Assembly: GCA_963693365.1 (NCBI GenBank)
Contig: CAVNZM010000011.1
Span: 9,267,010 to 9,331,009 of the forward strand
Direction of reading: 5' to 3'
Length of the DNA stretch: 64,000 nt
Source: Amoebidium appalachense
Lineage: Eukaryota; Protista; Ichthyosporea
Both the position numbers and the translations under genes were made by a program. Below are positions 29,177-42,917 of the stretch, piece by piece. The notes beneath the pieces were generated by a model, which saw only the letters and a program-made list of their open reading frames with translations, searched no databases and was not told where the DNA came from. Position 1 is the stretch's first letter, and each line of letters starts with the position of its first letter.

Positions 29177-29848
29177 GACTAGTAACGCTCAAGAACAAAA
29201 GAAAGGATTTTCGAGGTGAGAGTGATCGAAAAATGACCCCCAACTTGAATCAGTTAGATTGCCTTTTTATAGCCCAAGCTCCAACAGACATCTTACTCGC
29301 GGATCGAAATGGGGGTCGATTCGGGTGATTCACGATTGTCCAAATTATGAGTACGTGAATTGGCTTGACTGCATTTTTTTTTTATACGTTTTTTTACTTG
29401 TAATGTTTTTGGCTCAACATTGAAAGTAAATTCATAGAACAACGCGAAGAGGTACAACTGCATCTTGTTTTGGGTAGCTCAGCATGCGTTTTCTAGAAGA
29501 TGCGCATGCCCTTGGATTGGTTGGAGAAAGCAATAAACTTTTGGGGCACTGGTGGTCATGTGAGAGCCTGTCAAGAATCAAGAGCCTCATGGCATGTCAG
29601 CGTGCTTATTTGACAATGGATACAAATAACAACCCAGCATTAATATTAATCGAAAAATGATTCCACGTTTGAAGGAAAATTTGACAAAATAGAGGGAAGG
29701 GGCGGGGGGAGGGGGGGGGGGGGGGACTGCACCCGCTGCGCCTGCTCGAGCTGCTGCTACAGCCGTGTGGCCTCCCGCTCTGCCCGGGCCTTTTCCTCCT
29801 TGGTGGCCTCCTCTGCGTGTGCCTTCTCGTGTGTGTTGTGTTGTGTGT

Positions 29849-29879
<31 letters not shown>

Positions 29880-30003
29880 GGGGGGGGCATGAGACACGGG
29901 GGTCTCTCCTGTGTGTGTATGTGTGTGCGTGCGTGTGTGCCAGTGGGTGTGTGTGTTAGACGGCCACGGTGTGTGTTGGTGTATTCACAGTCACGGTGAG
30001 TGC

Positions 30004-30106
<103 letters not shown>

Positions 30107-31364
30107 CGCACATGTGTGTGTGTGTGTGTGCGGCATGCGTGTGTGTGCGCGCGCGTGTGTGCCAGTGCGTGTGTGTGTACGTGTGTGTGTGTGTGTGTGC
30201 GGCATGCGTGTGTGTGCGCGCGCATGTGTGCCAGTGTCACTAGGCTAGCGCTTGTGTGCGTGCTTGTGTGTGTGTGTGCTTGTGTATTTGTGTGTGCGTG
30301 TACATGTGTGTGTGCATGTGTGTTTGTGTGTGTGTGCGCGCGCGCGTGCGTCACGGTGTTTGTGTGTGCGTGTGTGTGTGTGTGCCCATATAATGGATGC
30401 CGGGCAGGCTTTGCATGCAGTATGTGCCCATCATGAATTTGCCACATTTCTATTGTAGCTCTAGAGGTTTCAACCGTGCACGAGTATATTCATGCAAGGA
30501 GCCCCACACATCCAAGCTCATGATGTAAGCCCCATGCCTGCAAGTGCCCAAACACACTACTGCACCACCAGAGCAGTGACGATGAGTGCACACCTGTCCC
30601 CGCGGCCTCAGCACGGGGTCCCGGGAGATCGGTGCTGGCCTGACCGCGGCTGGAAATGTAAACATCGAACGTTTCGTTCCGTACATTTGTGCCACACGGC
30701 TGGTGGCACATTCCGTCCTCAAATTTTCTGATTTGTGCTCTTTAGGTCGAACGCCAACGTGGCAGCAGCTGCAAAAGCCCATAAACAAACAGGAGATCAA
30801 CAAGTTCATGGCCAGCACAAAGTCTATGGCTCCTAATTTGCGCTGGAACAGTGATAGTGTATGTGCAAGAAGGAGGTTCCTCAGGTGCACCGGGCACACA
30901 GCCATGTGCTCGCATGCATTGAGCTCGGCCATGGCGGAAAAAAATTGCTGCAGTTGTACGGGCCCTTTTCTAATAGAAGCGGCGGGTTAATGAGGAGCTC
31001 ATACGTTCAACGGAAAGGCGAAAATAATTCTTGGATAACGAATCGTGGTGCAAAATAGAAGATGAGAGAAATAGGGTAATGACATTTGTCGAATCAAGCT
31101 ACGTTTAAAGCTTATCCGATAAAAGAAAACCATATATGGTTTTAATGAGCTGTCATTAGCGAATGGCCCATCGATCTGAGACATCTTGTTTTGGCGGCCG
31201 TGGGATGATTCGAACCCAGCAGCACAAAAACAGGAGCCCAGCAGGCATGCCCCTCACTTCCGGAACTCTCCAAAAAAAAAAAAAAAAAAAAAAAAAAAAA
31301 CACACACAAAAAAAACACACACTTTCTCAGCTAGCGGTACCCACTATGCCACGGTGCTGACAAA

Positions 31365-31414
<50 letters not shown>

Positions 31415-31514
31415 AGTCCCCTTCTCGACAGTTGGTCGCATGCTCGATGGTTGCACAAGCACACACTCGCACACACACACCGGTCGGCGCACACGCACGC
31501 ACACAAGCACAAAC

Positions 31515-31586
<72 letters not shown>

Positions 31587-32712
31587 GCACGCGCGCGCAC
31601 GCGCGCACGCATACTCACGCAAACGCGCACGCACGCACCCACGCACGCACGCACGCGCACTCAAGCACACGCGCACATGCATGCACGAATACACGCATAA
31701 CACACATAGGTGCACACACACACGCGCGCGCGCGCGCACGCACACGCGCGCACACACGCACACAACACACATGCACGCACCCACACCAACGCACGTACAC
31801 GCACAGACACACACACACACTCATGAACACACACACACACACACATACACACACAGGCCCTGGAGGCCACCGTCACGGCTGCCCGTCAAGTGCATGAGTT
31901 TGTCCCGTGGCATCAAAAGGTACATGTGACAGTCTAGCTAGCTATCTGTTTCGGTTTTATCTAGCTTGTTCTCTTTTCTCGTGGGTTGTACCGGTGGACA
32001 GTGAGCAGAGATGACAAAAATAATTGTGATGATTCCTATTACATGTGCACACGGTTGCCAGTGCGTTTCTTTCTTTCTGCTTCGTATTTGGGTGGGGCAG
32101 TGAGGTTACCGGTTGAGGATATTCGGGTTTCGGATTTTGGGGTTTGGGTTGCGGGGGGTAGGGGCGGGGGGAGGGGGGAGGGGGGAGGGTCTCGAGTCAC
32201 GAGTATGTGCTGTGGCCACTAATATTATAGTATGTATGAACCAGAAATTTCGGCTGCAGTAGAAACAGCACTATACATAACACTCCTTCCTTCCTCCTCT
32301 CTCTCTCTCTCTCTCTCTCCCTCCCTCCCTCCCTCCTCTCCCCCCCCCCCCCTCTCTCTCTCTCTCTCTCTTTTTTTTTTTTTTTTTTTGGGGGGGGGGG
32401 GGGGGGAGGGGGGGGAGGGGCTATGTTACATTATTAGCCAAGGCACACCTTTACCGGCTTATACATTCTAGAAGAAATAAACAGACCTACGTACTGATAA
32501 TATGTACAACCACAGACGTTACGAGTACATACACAATCTTGGTGTTCTTTCGGCCTCTGCACAGCTAACCATGTTAAATCCCGAACGTTTCTAGATTCGG
32601 TGGTCAGTGTTTTGTGGCACCGTCAATGTCCCTAAGTCCCATATAATTGAGATAATGGTTATATATAGTTGCTGGATAAATTTTGACATCAGCCTAGAAC
32701 CATCGCTAGCAG

Positions 32713-32754
<42 letters not shown>

Positions 32755-33412
32755 TCCTCCCTCCCCTCCAAAAAAAAAAAGGAAAAAAAGAAAACAAAAT
32801 AAAAGAAAAGGGAAAAAATGAAAAATGAAAAAGAAAAAACAAGAAAGAAGAAAGAAGAAAAAACAAAACAGAAGGAGGGGAGGATACAAGGCAGGAAACA
32901 CAATCACTACTCACTCACCAAACTACAAGTTATAAGCCCTCTCCATATATGCTTCGTGTGTACATTACACAAAAAAAAGCCTCCAACAACATTTTCTTTG
33001 ATGACAAACATCAACAAAAGCAACATTAAGGATTATCTTTATAGTAATCACTGAACAATAATAATAGTTGCATGAGTCTGAGAGAGAGATCATGAAGGGG
33101 TCCACCGTCATGATGATCAGAAACCTACAGACATCACAAGCAAACACAGGTCTACAAGATTTGCAGGGCTTGCGATTAAAAGAAAACACAAACCTCAACA
33201 GGTATAATCTTATTCATCATCATGTGATATTTAACATGACATTGTACGCCTACTATAACTTAATTTTTTAAATTTAAAAGGTGTTCACCTATTGGCAACG
33301 TGTGCTGGGCGCAGGGGATTGCCAGCCACCTTAGCCTCGTGCATTGCCCTGACCTGCTTCTCGTTCAGGTTGCCCATCGTAAACAGTGTCTCCTGTGGAT
33401 TTACCCGTCACG

Positions 33413-33653
33413 GTGGATATATTAGCCTGAAAGTCATGTCTTGTCGAAATGGAGATAGATATGCGGGTGGATATGCTAGCCCACAAGTCATTCCTTGTTA
33501 TTATGCAGATAGATATGTAGGTGGACACACTAGCCCACAAGTCATTTCTTGTCATCACACAGATAGATTCGCAGTTAGATATGTTAGCCCGGAAGTCGTT
33601 CCTTGACAAAATGCAGATAGATATTCCAGGAGACGTACGGATATGTTAGCCTG
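33413..33653. repeat. 54-bp minisatellite (~4.3 units) in the last GT31 intron
   Basis: gtggatatgctagcccacaagtcattccttgttattatgcagatagatatgtag-like units. Confidence 0.9.
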
Positions 33654-34242
33654 TAAGTAGCACGCTTTTTAATGCCGATACGTAAGTGGATGTGGAGAGG
33701 AGGCAGGGGGAAGGAGGTGGGGGCGGGGGGGAGGGGGGGGGGGGGGGAGAGGCAAGGGGTTGGGTGGGGGTGGGGGTAAGGATGGAAAGAGGAGAGACAA
33801 AAGCGAAGGAGAAAAGAAGGGGGAGAGTGTGTGTGTGTGAGCGAGAAAAAGACCCAGAAAAGCGGGAGTGCCGGAGGGAGAGAGAGTTAAAAGAAAGGAG
33901 GGGCGAGCGCAGAGGGGGGGGGGGGGGGGGAATAGAGGGGGGTGTTGGGGTTGGGGGGGGGGGGGGATGGATAGATGCAGGGAGGGTGAGAGAAAGAGAG
34001 AGGGGGGGAGGGGGGGGGTGAAGAGAGAGAGGGGGGGGGGGGGGGGAGAGAGAGAGAGAGAGAGAGAGAGCAACGGTACACTTGGTGCAGAGGAGAAACA
34101 CGTGAACAACAGCATCAGGCCAGCAAGGGAAGGGAAAGTTGTGGGGGGGGGGGGGAGAGGGGAGAGGGGGGAGGGGGGGGGGGGAGGGGGGTAAGTCAAG
34201 TATTACTTACCCTGCATGGGTGGCCGCAGTTTGCACAGACCA

Positions 34243-34799
34243 CACCGTTTGCATGCTGGGGCTGGACCTGGATGCCATGCAGCCACATGGCCGTGGATAC
34301 GTCCTCGAGGTGCCCAATGGGCTGGGGGGGGGAGGGGGGGGGGGGGTAGGATGCTAAAGGGGTTAGAATGCAAGCGAGCGCTTGGGGGGGGGGGGGGGGG
34401 GGGGAGGGGTTAGGATGCTAAAGGGGTTAGAATGCAAACGAGCGCTTGGGGGGTGGGGGGTGGGGGGGGGGGGGGGGGGGGGGGTGGGGGTGGGGGCGCG
34501 GGGCGGGGGGGTAACAATGCATAAGAAGAGGGGGTTAGAATGCAAAGGGGAGGGAGGGGGGGGGGGGGTAGAATGCAACATAATGCACCGTTTGCATGCT
34601 GGGGCTGGACCTGGATGCCATGCAGCCACATGGCCGTGGATACGTCCTCGAGGTGCCCAATGGGCTGGGGGGGGGGAGGGGGGGGGGGGGGTAGGATGCT
34701 AAAGGGGTTAGAATGCAAGCGAGCGCTTGGGGGGGGGGGGGGGGGGGGGAGGGGTTAGGATGCTAAAGGGGTTAGAATGCAAACGAGCGCTTGGGGGGT

Positions 34800-34831
<32 letters not shown>

Positions 34832-34927
34832 GGGGGGCGCGGGGCGGGGGGGTAACAATGCATAAGAAGAGGGGGTTAGAATGCAAAGGGGAGGGAGGGG
34901 GGGGGGGGTAGAATGCAACATAATGCA
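34243..34927. repeat. 343-bp tandem duplication covering an intron end and most of a GT31 exon
   Basis: 34243-34585 and 34586-34927 are near identical apart from G-run lengths. Confidence 0.92.
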
Positions 34928-35290
34928 GGCGCGATTCTACAAATGAAAAGAAGCAGTGTGGAATAAGGGAGGGTGGGGTGCTGGTGGTGGTGGTGGTGGT
35001 GGTGGGGGGGGGGGGGGGGGGGGGGAGGGGGGGTAGCTGAGATGGGTTTTTGGAATGCATTACAGGGTCTGGAGTGCACATTCACGAGGGACATACAACA
35101 AAGATGCTGAGCACGAACAACCGTGTGCATCATAAGCAGAGCTCATTCTCAGGGCGTTCATAGTTATCACTATCGCTAATCACATATCATCAGTACAAAA
35201 CATCTACTATGATGTTAAACACAATGCCATTGCTTTTCTCGGTGGTGGGCAGGGGAAGAGAGGAAGGGGGTAGGGGAGAAAGGGGCGGGG

Positions 35291-35324
<34 letters not shown>

Positions 35325-35558
35325 GAGGGAGGCGGAAGGGAGGGAGGGGGGGCATGGAGGGGGGATGTATGCATCAGTGTGGAAGGCAGCTAGAAGGTTA
35401 CAGACACTCCGGGGCAGGGGCAGGGGGGGGGGGGGGGGGGGGAGGAAAGTAGGGGCACACCTTCAAGTTGTCTCTGTTCTTGACGATGTACTTGACACAG
35501 TCATGAGACAGACCGTAGAAGTAGCCCTCATTGAACGGTATGTGCTGCTGGTTGTGGT

Positions 35559-35625
<67 letters not shown>

Positions 35626-36475
35626 TGTTTTTTTTTTTTTGGGGGGGGGGGGGGGAGAGGGGGGGGGGGGTTGGTTACTTCCAAGCATATGACAGAAACG
35701 GGTTACACTACTTGCAGGCCCATACAAAACTATCGAACCAAAAGCAAAGAAAATGAAAGGCTTTACTAACCCCTCGTAATATGAAGAGTTTAACGCCAAA
35801 AAACGAAAAGAACATAGCACTTGAATAATAACACCCGAGTTGCACTATAATTACTTTGAAAGTGGAAAAAGGACGATTCCCCGTTACTCCTTGTATCGGG
35901 CTTTCTGTTTTCCGGCTCACCTGCAACTCCACATATTGTTATCAGACACATCATGTCGGTGTGAATCTTTTACCATCCTTCTTCTCTCCTTGTCTATGTA
36001 TTTCTCACGTCACGTTCAATAGGGCAACTGAGCGGGAAAGAGGAGGGAAAAAAGGGCTGGGGGAGGGGCAGGGGGGAGAGGGAGAGAGAGGGGAGGGGGG
36101 GGGGGGGGGGTTGTTGTTGTTATATGTGTACGTGTCACTGTGTGTGTGTGTGTGCGTGCGTGTGTGTGTGTGTGTGTGTGTGTGTCTGTGTGCGCACGCG
36201 CGCTTGCGCGCAGGTGTGTGTTTGAATGTGTGTGTGTGTGCGCACACGCGCATTTGTGTGTTTGGGGAGAGAAGGGGCACGGCGAGAGAGGGGGGGGGGG
36301 GGGGGGGGGGGGGGAGGGGGTGGAGGGTTGGAGGGGTGGAGGGGTGGAGTGGGTTCACACACAGCCTGACGGAGATACCACTTTGAGTTTGGATCCCGAA
36401 TGGGCTGGATGCCAACAGAGCGGTTGCCAATGTACTTCTTGCGGTGGCTCTTTAGGCCCTTAAAGTGCTCGAGAA

Positions 36476-36603
<128 letters not shown>

Positions 36604-37296
36604 TGTGTGTGTGTGTGTGTGTGTGCGTACGTGCGTGTGTGCGTACGTGCGTGTGTGTGCGTGTGCGTGTTTGTGTCTTTTGAGGAGTAGGAAGAGAGAG
36701 GGGGGTGGAGGATAATCAGCAGCCCAAAACAGATGAATGCGGCATTGTATAGATATACGAGCAGGGAGGGTGTGGTCCGTTGTATAAAGGAAGGCTGGTT
36801 TGGACAGTTGATTGGAACATTGTGTGTGGTGTGGGTGAAGGTGGTGGGTGGGTGGATAGGTAGGTGGGTCGGGAAGGGCGAAGGAGGAAGGATGGGGAGG
36901 GGGGGGGGGGGGGGGGAGGGGGAGTGGGCGGTTGGGTGGGGGCGGGCCTGGGAGAAAGTGGGTAGGAAGGGGGGGGGGGGGGGGGGGGGGGGGTCTTTTT
37001 TTCTTTTCTTTTCTTCCTTTTTTTTTTTTTTTTTCTTTGGGGGGGGGGGGGGGGGGGGAGGTATGGAGTATATAAACACGTACGTGTGTCAGGAAAAACG
37101 GGAGGGAGTGAGGGGATAATTTGGGGAGGGAGTACACACACACGAAAAAGGGGGGGGGTGGAGGGGAAGGGGTTTGGGGGGAAGGGGCAAGGGCTGGGTG
37201 ACCGGGTTGAGACAGGTATTTGTGAGAGAAAGAGTGCAGGGGTGGGGGGTGCATTTGAAGGTGGCAACCATTAAAGCCAAGAAATGCATGCCCCAC

Positions 37297-37348
<52 letters not shown>

Positions 37349-37444
37349 CCCCAACACCCTCCACCCCCCTCCCCCCCTCCCCCCCACCCACCCATGTGAT
37401 TGTCTGTGTGGGCGGGTGAAAGGGAAGAGAGGGTGGTTGTAAGT

Positions 37445-37495
<51 letters not shown>

Positions 37496-39930
37496 GGCTG
37501 CCATCAGGGGGGGGGGGGAGGGGGGGGGGGGGTTTCAATACCCTGTCTACGTGCACGAACGAATCATCATCGACTTTAATGTAGCATTTGAATCGGTAGG
37601 TCTGCAGCGCATAGGCCTGCGCATACAGCCCCTTGTACGGCAGTTGACATACTTGTCTTCGATCGGTGCAACCTGGGTGTATGCAAATTGTTTTTTGTTG
37701 GGGTGGTGGTGATGGGTGGGTGGGTGGTTGGAGGGGTGGGTGGGTGGGTGGAGGGTTCGGGGGGGGAGGGGGGTTGACGTCATCAGTGGGAGCAACCGGT
37801 ATGGATGTGGAGAAGGGATTGTGGAAGAAGGAATGGTCTTTTTTTTTTTTTCTTTTTTCTTTTTTTTTTTTTTTGAGGGGGTGGGGGGGGGGGGGGGGGA
37901 GGTTGAATGCAACACACAACATAGTGTGTCAAATTCCACAACGGGGAATGATATGTGGCGAGAAGAGCACACAAATGTAGCAGACAACAGGAAGGCACAC
38001 GCTCATATAGGACTCGGGGGGGGGGGGGGGGGGGGGGGGGGAGGGGGGAGGCAATGTGATTTTTTGTGGTTTGTTGGTTTTAGTGAAGGTGGTGGTGAGA
38101 CAGGGGGTTTGACTTGAAGTGTGTGTGTATGCGTGTGTGTGTGTGACGGTGGGCGGGGAAGGGGAGGGGGGGATTAGGGAAGAAGAGGAGTATGTGGTGT
38201 GGTGCACAGGTAAGGTTTATGAGACGAAGATCAAAAAGCAGCCAATACAGCGTACATACGAGTCTGTGTGTGTATGGGGGGGAAGGAAGGGGTGGGGGAA
38301 GGGGGGGAGATATTAGAGATGGAGAGATCCATGGTTTCTGGTTGAAAAATGTTCAGATCGCCCGTATGCTAGAGCAGCGTCTGCTTATCGATCAGATGCT
38401 TGGTTGTGTTTGCAGTGTGTGTGTGTGTGTGTGTGCGCGCGCGCGTGCGTGTGTGTAGGTGCGCGCGCGTACGTGTGCGTGCGTGCGTGTGTGCATGTCT
38501 CTGTGTATGTGTTTGTGTATATGTAGCATACACTCCGACACCTGAAAATACGGTTGTGTGTATGGGTTTGCAGGTTCACACAGATTTGCATTTTCTCTCA
38601 TGCCGGATAAGGATTACTCAGGTAGATATCCCCTTGCTCCTTCTCCTCCGCCACCAAAGACTCGTTAAACTGAGTGCTTGTACCGACGATGAAACGGTAG
38701 GGCAGCTTGTTTGCTTTCAGGTCAGCAACCCACGTCTCTCAGAGTCTTAAGTTCTGTCTCCTTGCTGGATTGCCAGGCGCTGATATGATGGCAACAAAGG
38801 CAAACACTGAGGGTAGATTCTTGAGGTCGGTCTTGGCTGCCCCTGGGGTGCTGTGGAAGATTCATGTTACCGGGTGTGTGAAGGAACAAACACGAAATTA
38901 TCTGACAAAGTGCTCGAGCAAACTAGGATGCCTTTTGATGCGTTAGTGGCCGCAAGAATCCCAGCAAAGTGTTTCCCGGCATATATAAGCAACAGCACCG
39001 TGGCTCCTGGATCTTACGAACAGAAATTAAAAAGATTGGGGGAAACGGTTTGTTGCAGGTACAGTTGGCGGAAAGCGGTATTAAGGGGAAATTCAAGTAG
39101 GGGAAGGTTCAGGTGGCGTCCCCACAGACGACAATTTGTCGTTAGGGAGGGAGGAGGGGGGGAGAAGGGAATGGGAAGGGAGGGGGAGGGGGTGATGAAG
39201 GGTGACTGGAATTGTGTATAGTATCCTTTCTCAACAAGCCAAGCGTATCATTTAATGTCTTTAGTGGGAACACTTACGTCTCAAGGAGTTCGGGACAGTT
39301 TTGAGGGTTCAAGTGAAGGCAGGTACACCCTCCTAGCAGCAGAGCAACCACCAGAAGGAATATGGGCAGAGGGACACCACCCCCCCGCTTGGGGCTGGGC
39401 TTACCTGGTTTCCCGTTCTCTGTGGTCTTTGCGGTCTCTTCTCCTTTTCTTCTTCTTGGTGGCGTCATCTTGACTCTATCTTCTTTGTGTACGGTATATA
39501 CGTGACAGCTATAGGTGCAGGAAGGGTGAAAGCGATCATGAACAACTTGGGGGTGACAGCCCGGGCCAGTCAGTCGATCACGGATGCTGAAAACTTTAAA
39601 ATTTTCTTTTTACTGAGGAATGTAATATGATAAATATTTTGGCGCCAAAATTTCCCCCTGGCTCTTGACAAGTTGATCTCACGGTGGTGCGCGCACAGTA
39701 TGACCGCACAGAGCGCCTCGCGGCACAGGCACACACTTATACGCACCACGTCATAGGGTTGTCAGAGGACACACGCCAAGGTCACAGCGCACATTCTGAA
39801 TATGTACATGTTCACGTGCACCGTACACAAGCAGTCGTGGCTATGATACCCCCCGAGTCCCCTCTCCCCCCCCCCCCCCCTCTCTCCCCCCTCCCTCGTC
39901 AGGCTTGTCAAAAAAAAAAAAAAAAAAAAA

Positions 39931-39967
<37 letters not shown>

Positions 39968-40279
39968 ATACACATTGTACATGTGCATGCACACAGACAT
40001 AGACATGTAGTACGGCGGACGGGGCCCTGAGAAAGGGAGGGGAGGGGGGGGGGGGGGAGGGGGGGGGGGGGAGTTAGGAAGGAGTTGCCCCGGCACGGTT
40101 CAGTGTTGATAACATGATCATGACGAGGTCGAACACGTGAACGGTTACAGTGATGGGGCGCGCCCTGGCGTGTATGCATACTAATTACACAGTACAGCAA
40201 CACAGTACATGTTACAAAAACTGATGGGATTTGAATTTGCGCAGTTGTTTATTATAGACGTCAATGAATTCCCACTCCC

Positions 40280-41974
40280 TTAGGTGCCGGAGAATGGGGC
40301 CTTGGTGGTCTTGCCGGAGACACAACCGAAGCAGTCAGTGGTGTCAGCCACTGAGAGGGATGAGGGGAGGCCTGTCACGAGGTCACCTCTCACCATCTTG
40401 GTGAGGGTGGACAGGGCACGATGGCCGAGACGGTGGTGCCAGAGCTGAGGATCGTTGTTGACCTTGACGTTGGCTACCAGAGCAGTGACGGTCCGAGGGA
40501 TGGAGGGACGTATCTCATAGTCAGTGATGAAGTACAGTCCATCTGTGCCTGTGAGGGAACACACGATGTTGCCACCACGAGTGTAGAGGTATGATGGGAA
40601 TGCATCCTCATCATCGAGGTGGGCAAGGAGACCCGACTTGGAGGCCATTGAGGGTGATATCAGGAAGGCTGGGGAGTCGGGTACATAGAGGGTGTTGAGG
40701 CTCAGTACTGATGTTACTCCGTTGTAGGTGACGGCCAGGTTGATGACACCACGGTGATGTGCAGTGACGATGCCGAGGCCGTGGACGTCAGTCGGGGGGC
40801 ATGGCTCAAGAGTAGAGAAGTACTCTTTTACTGGGCACACGTGGACGTTTGAAGCCGAGTCCCAGCAGGGGTCCATGGGTAGGGAGGCCGTGGTGGACAC
40901 GAGGGCAAAATGCACCTCTTTTCCAGACTTGGTGTTGGCACGGTGACGACGGGCAATTGAGCAGCCAGGTTTGTCACACTGTGTGACATGATGGTCTTCG
41001 TGACAGTAGGCACAGTCGAGGGAGCCAGTGGTCTTGGCTCGGGGTGGCTGGGAATGACGGTTACCCCCTTTACGTGGGGGGTAGGGTGACCGGGAACGAT
41101 AGCCGGGGGAACGGGACCGTGAGTAATCACGGTCAACTGAGGGGGATCGATCGGTGGGACGACCGCGGGGGTGACGGGAGACGGAGCTGTCACGTCGGGG
41201 GATCCGGTGTCTGAGGTCGTCCTTGGTGAGTACACGGCTTTGCAGGGCACGTGCTGTTCGGACGGTGGAGGAGGACCCGGACCCAGAGTCGATGAGACCT
41301 TCACGGATCTCTGCAGCTCTGATGTCACTGATTAGACGGTTGTAGGTCTCGTAGTTAATGGTACGACGGAAGTAGTCGGCAATCATGGCCTGGATGTCGG
41401 TACAAACTAACTTACGGTTCTTCTTGAGGTGGATGACTCGGAAGAAGTTATCAACCATAGTCTTGTGAGGAATGGGCTCTTCGAGGATGTGCAGGGTAGT
41501 GCACAGACGGCGTGCCATGGTGAGGTAGGCCGTGACGGTCTTGAAGTCTTTGAGTTCAAGCTCATGGTAGTCGAGGAGGATTTGACGAGCACGATCTTCA
41601 CGTTCAGCCGCATAGGTCATACGGAGGTTGTGGAAAGCTTGGGCAGGTGACACATCATCGTGGATTTGACCAGAGTTATACAGCTCATCATTGGAGACGA
41701 GTTGAGTAAACATCTGTTCAAGGAGGTTGGAAGCCTCGGTGTAGGCCTCCTCAGTGTCGTAGCCGTGCCACTCATTCTCGTCGGAAGGGTCGACCCACTC
41801 GGGGGCCTTGATGACGGGCACTAACTTGGCCGCGGTGGTGGTACGTAGGTACCGGAAGATGACGGGTTCCCACTCATAATAGGTGAGACGTTTGCCGGAC
41901 TTCTTGTCCGTGGTGTCATCCCCTTTCCAGGGGGTGAGGTTGAGATACGCAGGTTTCTCCGACATGGTGATCAA
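40280..41974 (-). CDS. Ty1/Copia Gag-protease-pre-integrase ORF, 3' truncated
   Basis: 564-aa ORF: Copia gag core, CAYCHEDHHVTQC knuckle, protease WDSASNVHVC..NTLYVPDSPAFLIS, GAG-pre-integrase LWHHRLGH..CFGCVSGKTTKAPF; ends before the integrase core. Confidence 0.93.
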   Translation of the reverse strand: MITMSEKPAYLNLTPWKGDDTTDKKSGKRLTYYEWEPVIFRYLRTTTAAKLVPVIKAPEWVDPSDENEWHGYDTEEAYTEASNLLEQMFTQLVSNDELYNSGQIHDDVSPAQAFHNLRMTYAAEREDRARQILLDYHELELKDFKTVTAYLTMARRLCTTLHILEEPIPHKTMVDNFFRVIHLKKNRKLVCTDIQAMIADYFRRTINYETYNRLISDIRAAEIREGLIDSGSGSSSTVRTARALQSRVLTKDDLRHRIPRRDSSVSRHPRGRPTDRSPSVDRDYSRSRSPGYRSRSPYPPRKGGNRHSQPPRAKTTGSLDCAYCHEDHHVTQCDKPGCSIARRHRANTKSGKEVHFALVSTTASLPMDPCWDSASNVHVCPVKEYFSTLEPCPPTDVHGLGIVTAHHRGVINLAVTYNGVTSVLSLNTLYVPDSPAFLISPSMASKSGLLAHLDDEDAFPSYLYTRGGNIVCSLTGTDGLYFITDYEIRPSIPRTVTALVANVKVNNDPQLWHHRLGHRALSTLTKMVRGDLVTGLPSSLSVADTTDCFGCVSGKTTKAPFSGT

Positions 41975-42071
41975 TCAGTCAGATGATGCGTGAGAGAGGA
42001 ATCAGATCGGTATTCAAATTTGAATATTTTTGATTGCAGCGAGAGTATGTGTTGCGAGAGCGTGCGAAAAT

Positions 42072-42833
42072 GGGCCTTTAACCTGTTGTTTTGTACGGGT
42101 CTAAGGGAGCAGAGTGCACAGAGGTGTCATGTAAAACACGACTAACACATTAATGAGAGGGCAATCGGAGTTGTTCACGAGACATTGAAAGATTTCAAAC
42201 AACAACTAAATCTTTATTGTGCTCTCGGTTCCTTTTGTACTTGCGACTTATCACCTTATCACAACTAAAGAGGGAGAACCAATCGGTTCTATCAGAAGAT
42301 AGAAAAACACATTCCGACAGAGCATACGCATTCCAACTTCCGATTAAACTAAAGTGTAGAAACTCTTACTTAAATAAATTAAGTAATTATACATCTAGTC
42401 ACTATTAACTCACATATATATTTATGTTCGTCTCTATAAAGAAACTTATTTAAATACATATATTTCCTAACAGTCGACACTCTCAAAGTGAATACACTTT
42501 GCAATAAACCGAATTCCATATATATCTATTGTCCAATCACAACACACATATATTAACAGACAGGAATGCACAACACAATCTACAGATGTACTTGCTCGCG
42601 ACTATTGGCGAGCCATCCTTTTGAGAACAAAACTAGGCCATTTTGAAATAAAGGAAAGACAACGAGTGAGGCTAGCCAATCACGCTACCTCTCAGATAAA
42701 CAGAGGAGAGCAAATAGAAATAAAAACACAATAAGTTCTTATCAGGCAAGAGAGCCAGGTGTGCACAGATCTACAGATATCTGTGCCCACAGAAACAAGG
42801 GAGAGAGAGATACGGGGGGGGGGGGGGGGGGGG

Positions 42834-42917
<84 letters not shown>

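Noticed and set aside
30450-30990. 160-aa and 134-aa overlapping ORFs
   Set aside because: No recognisable motifs or consistent exon chain; could hide small exons of a minus-strand gene but unsupported
31190-31265. tRNA-like sequence on the minus strand (gggttcgaatc...ggccgcca)
   Set aside because: A T-loop/B-box-like motif is present but no convincing cloverleaf or anticodon arm could be folded; at most a degenerate relic
34340-34915. Telomere-like ggggttag motifs
   Set aside because: Isolated within a ggggttagaatgcaa sub-repeat; no tandem TTAGGG array
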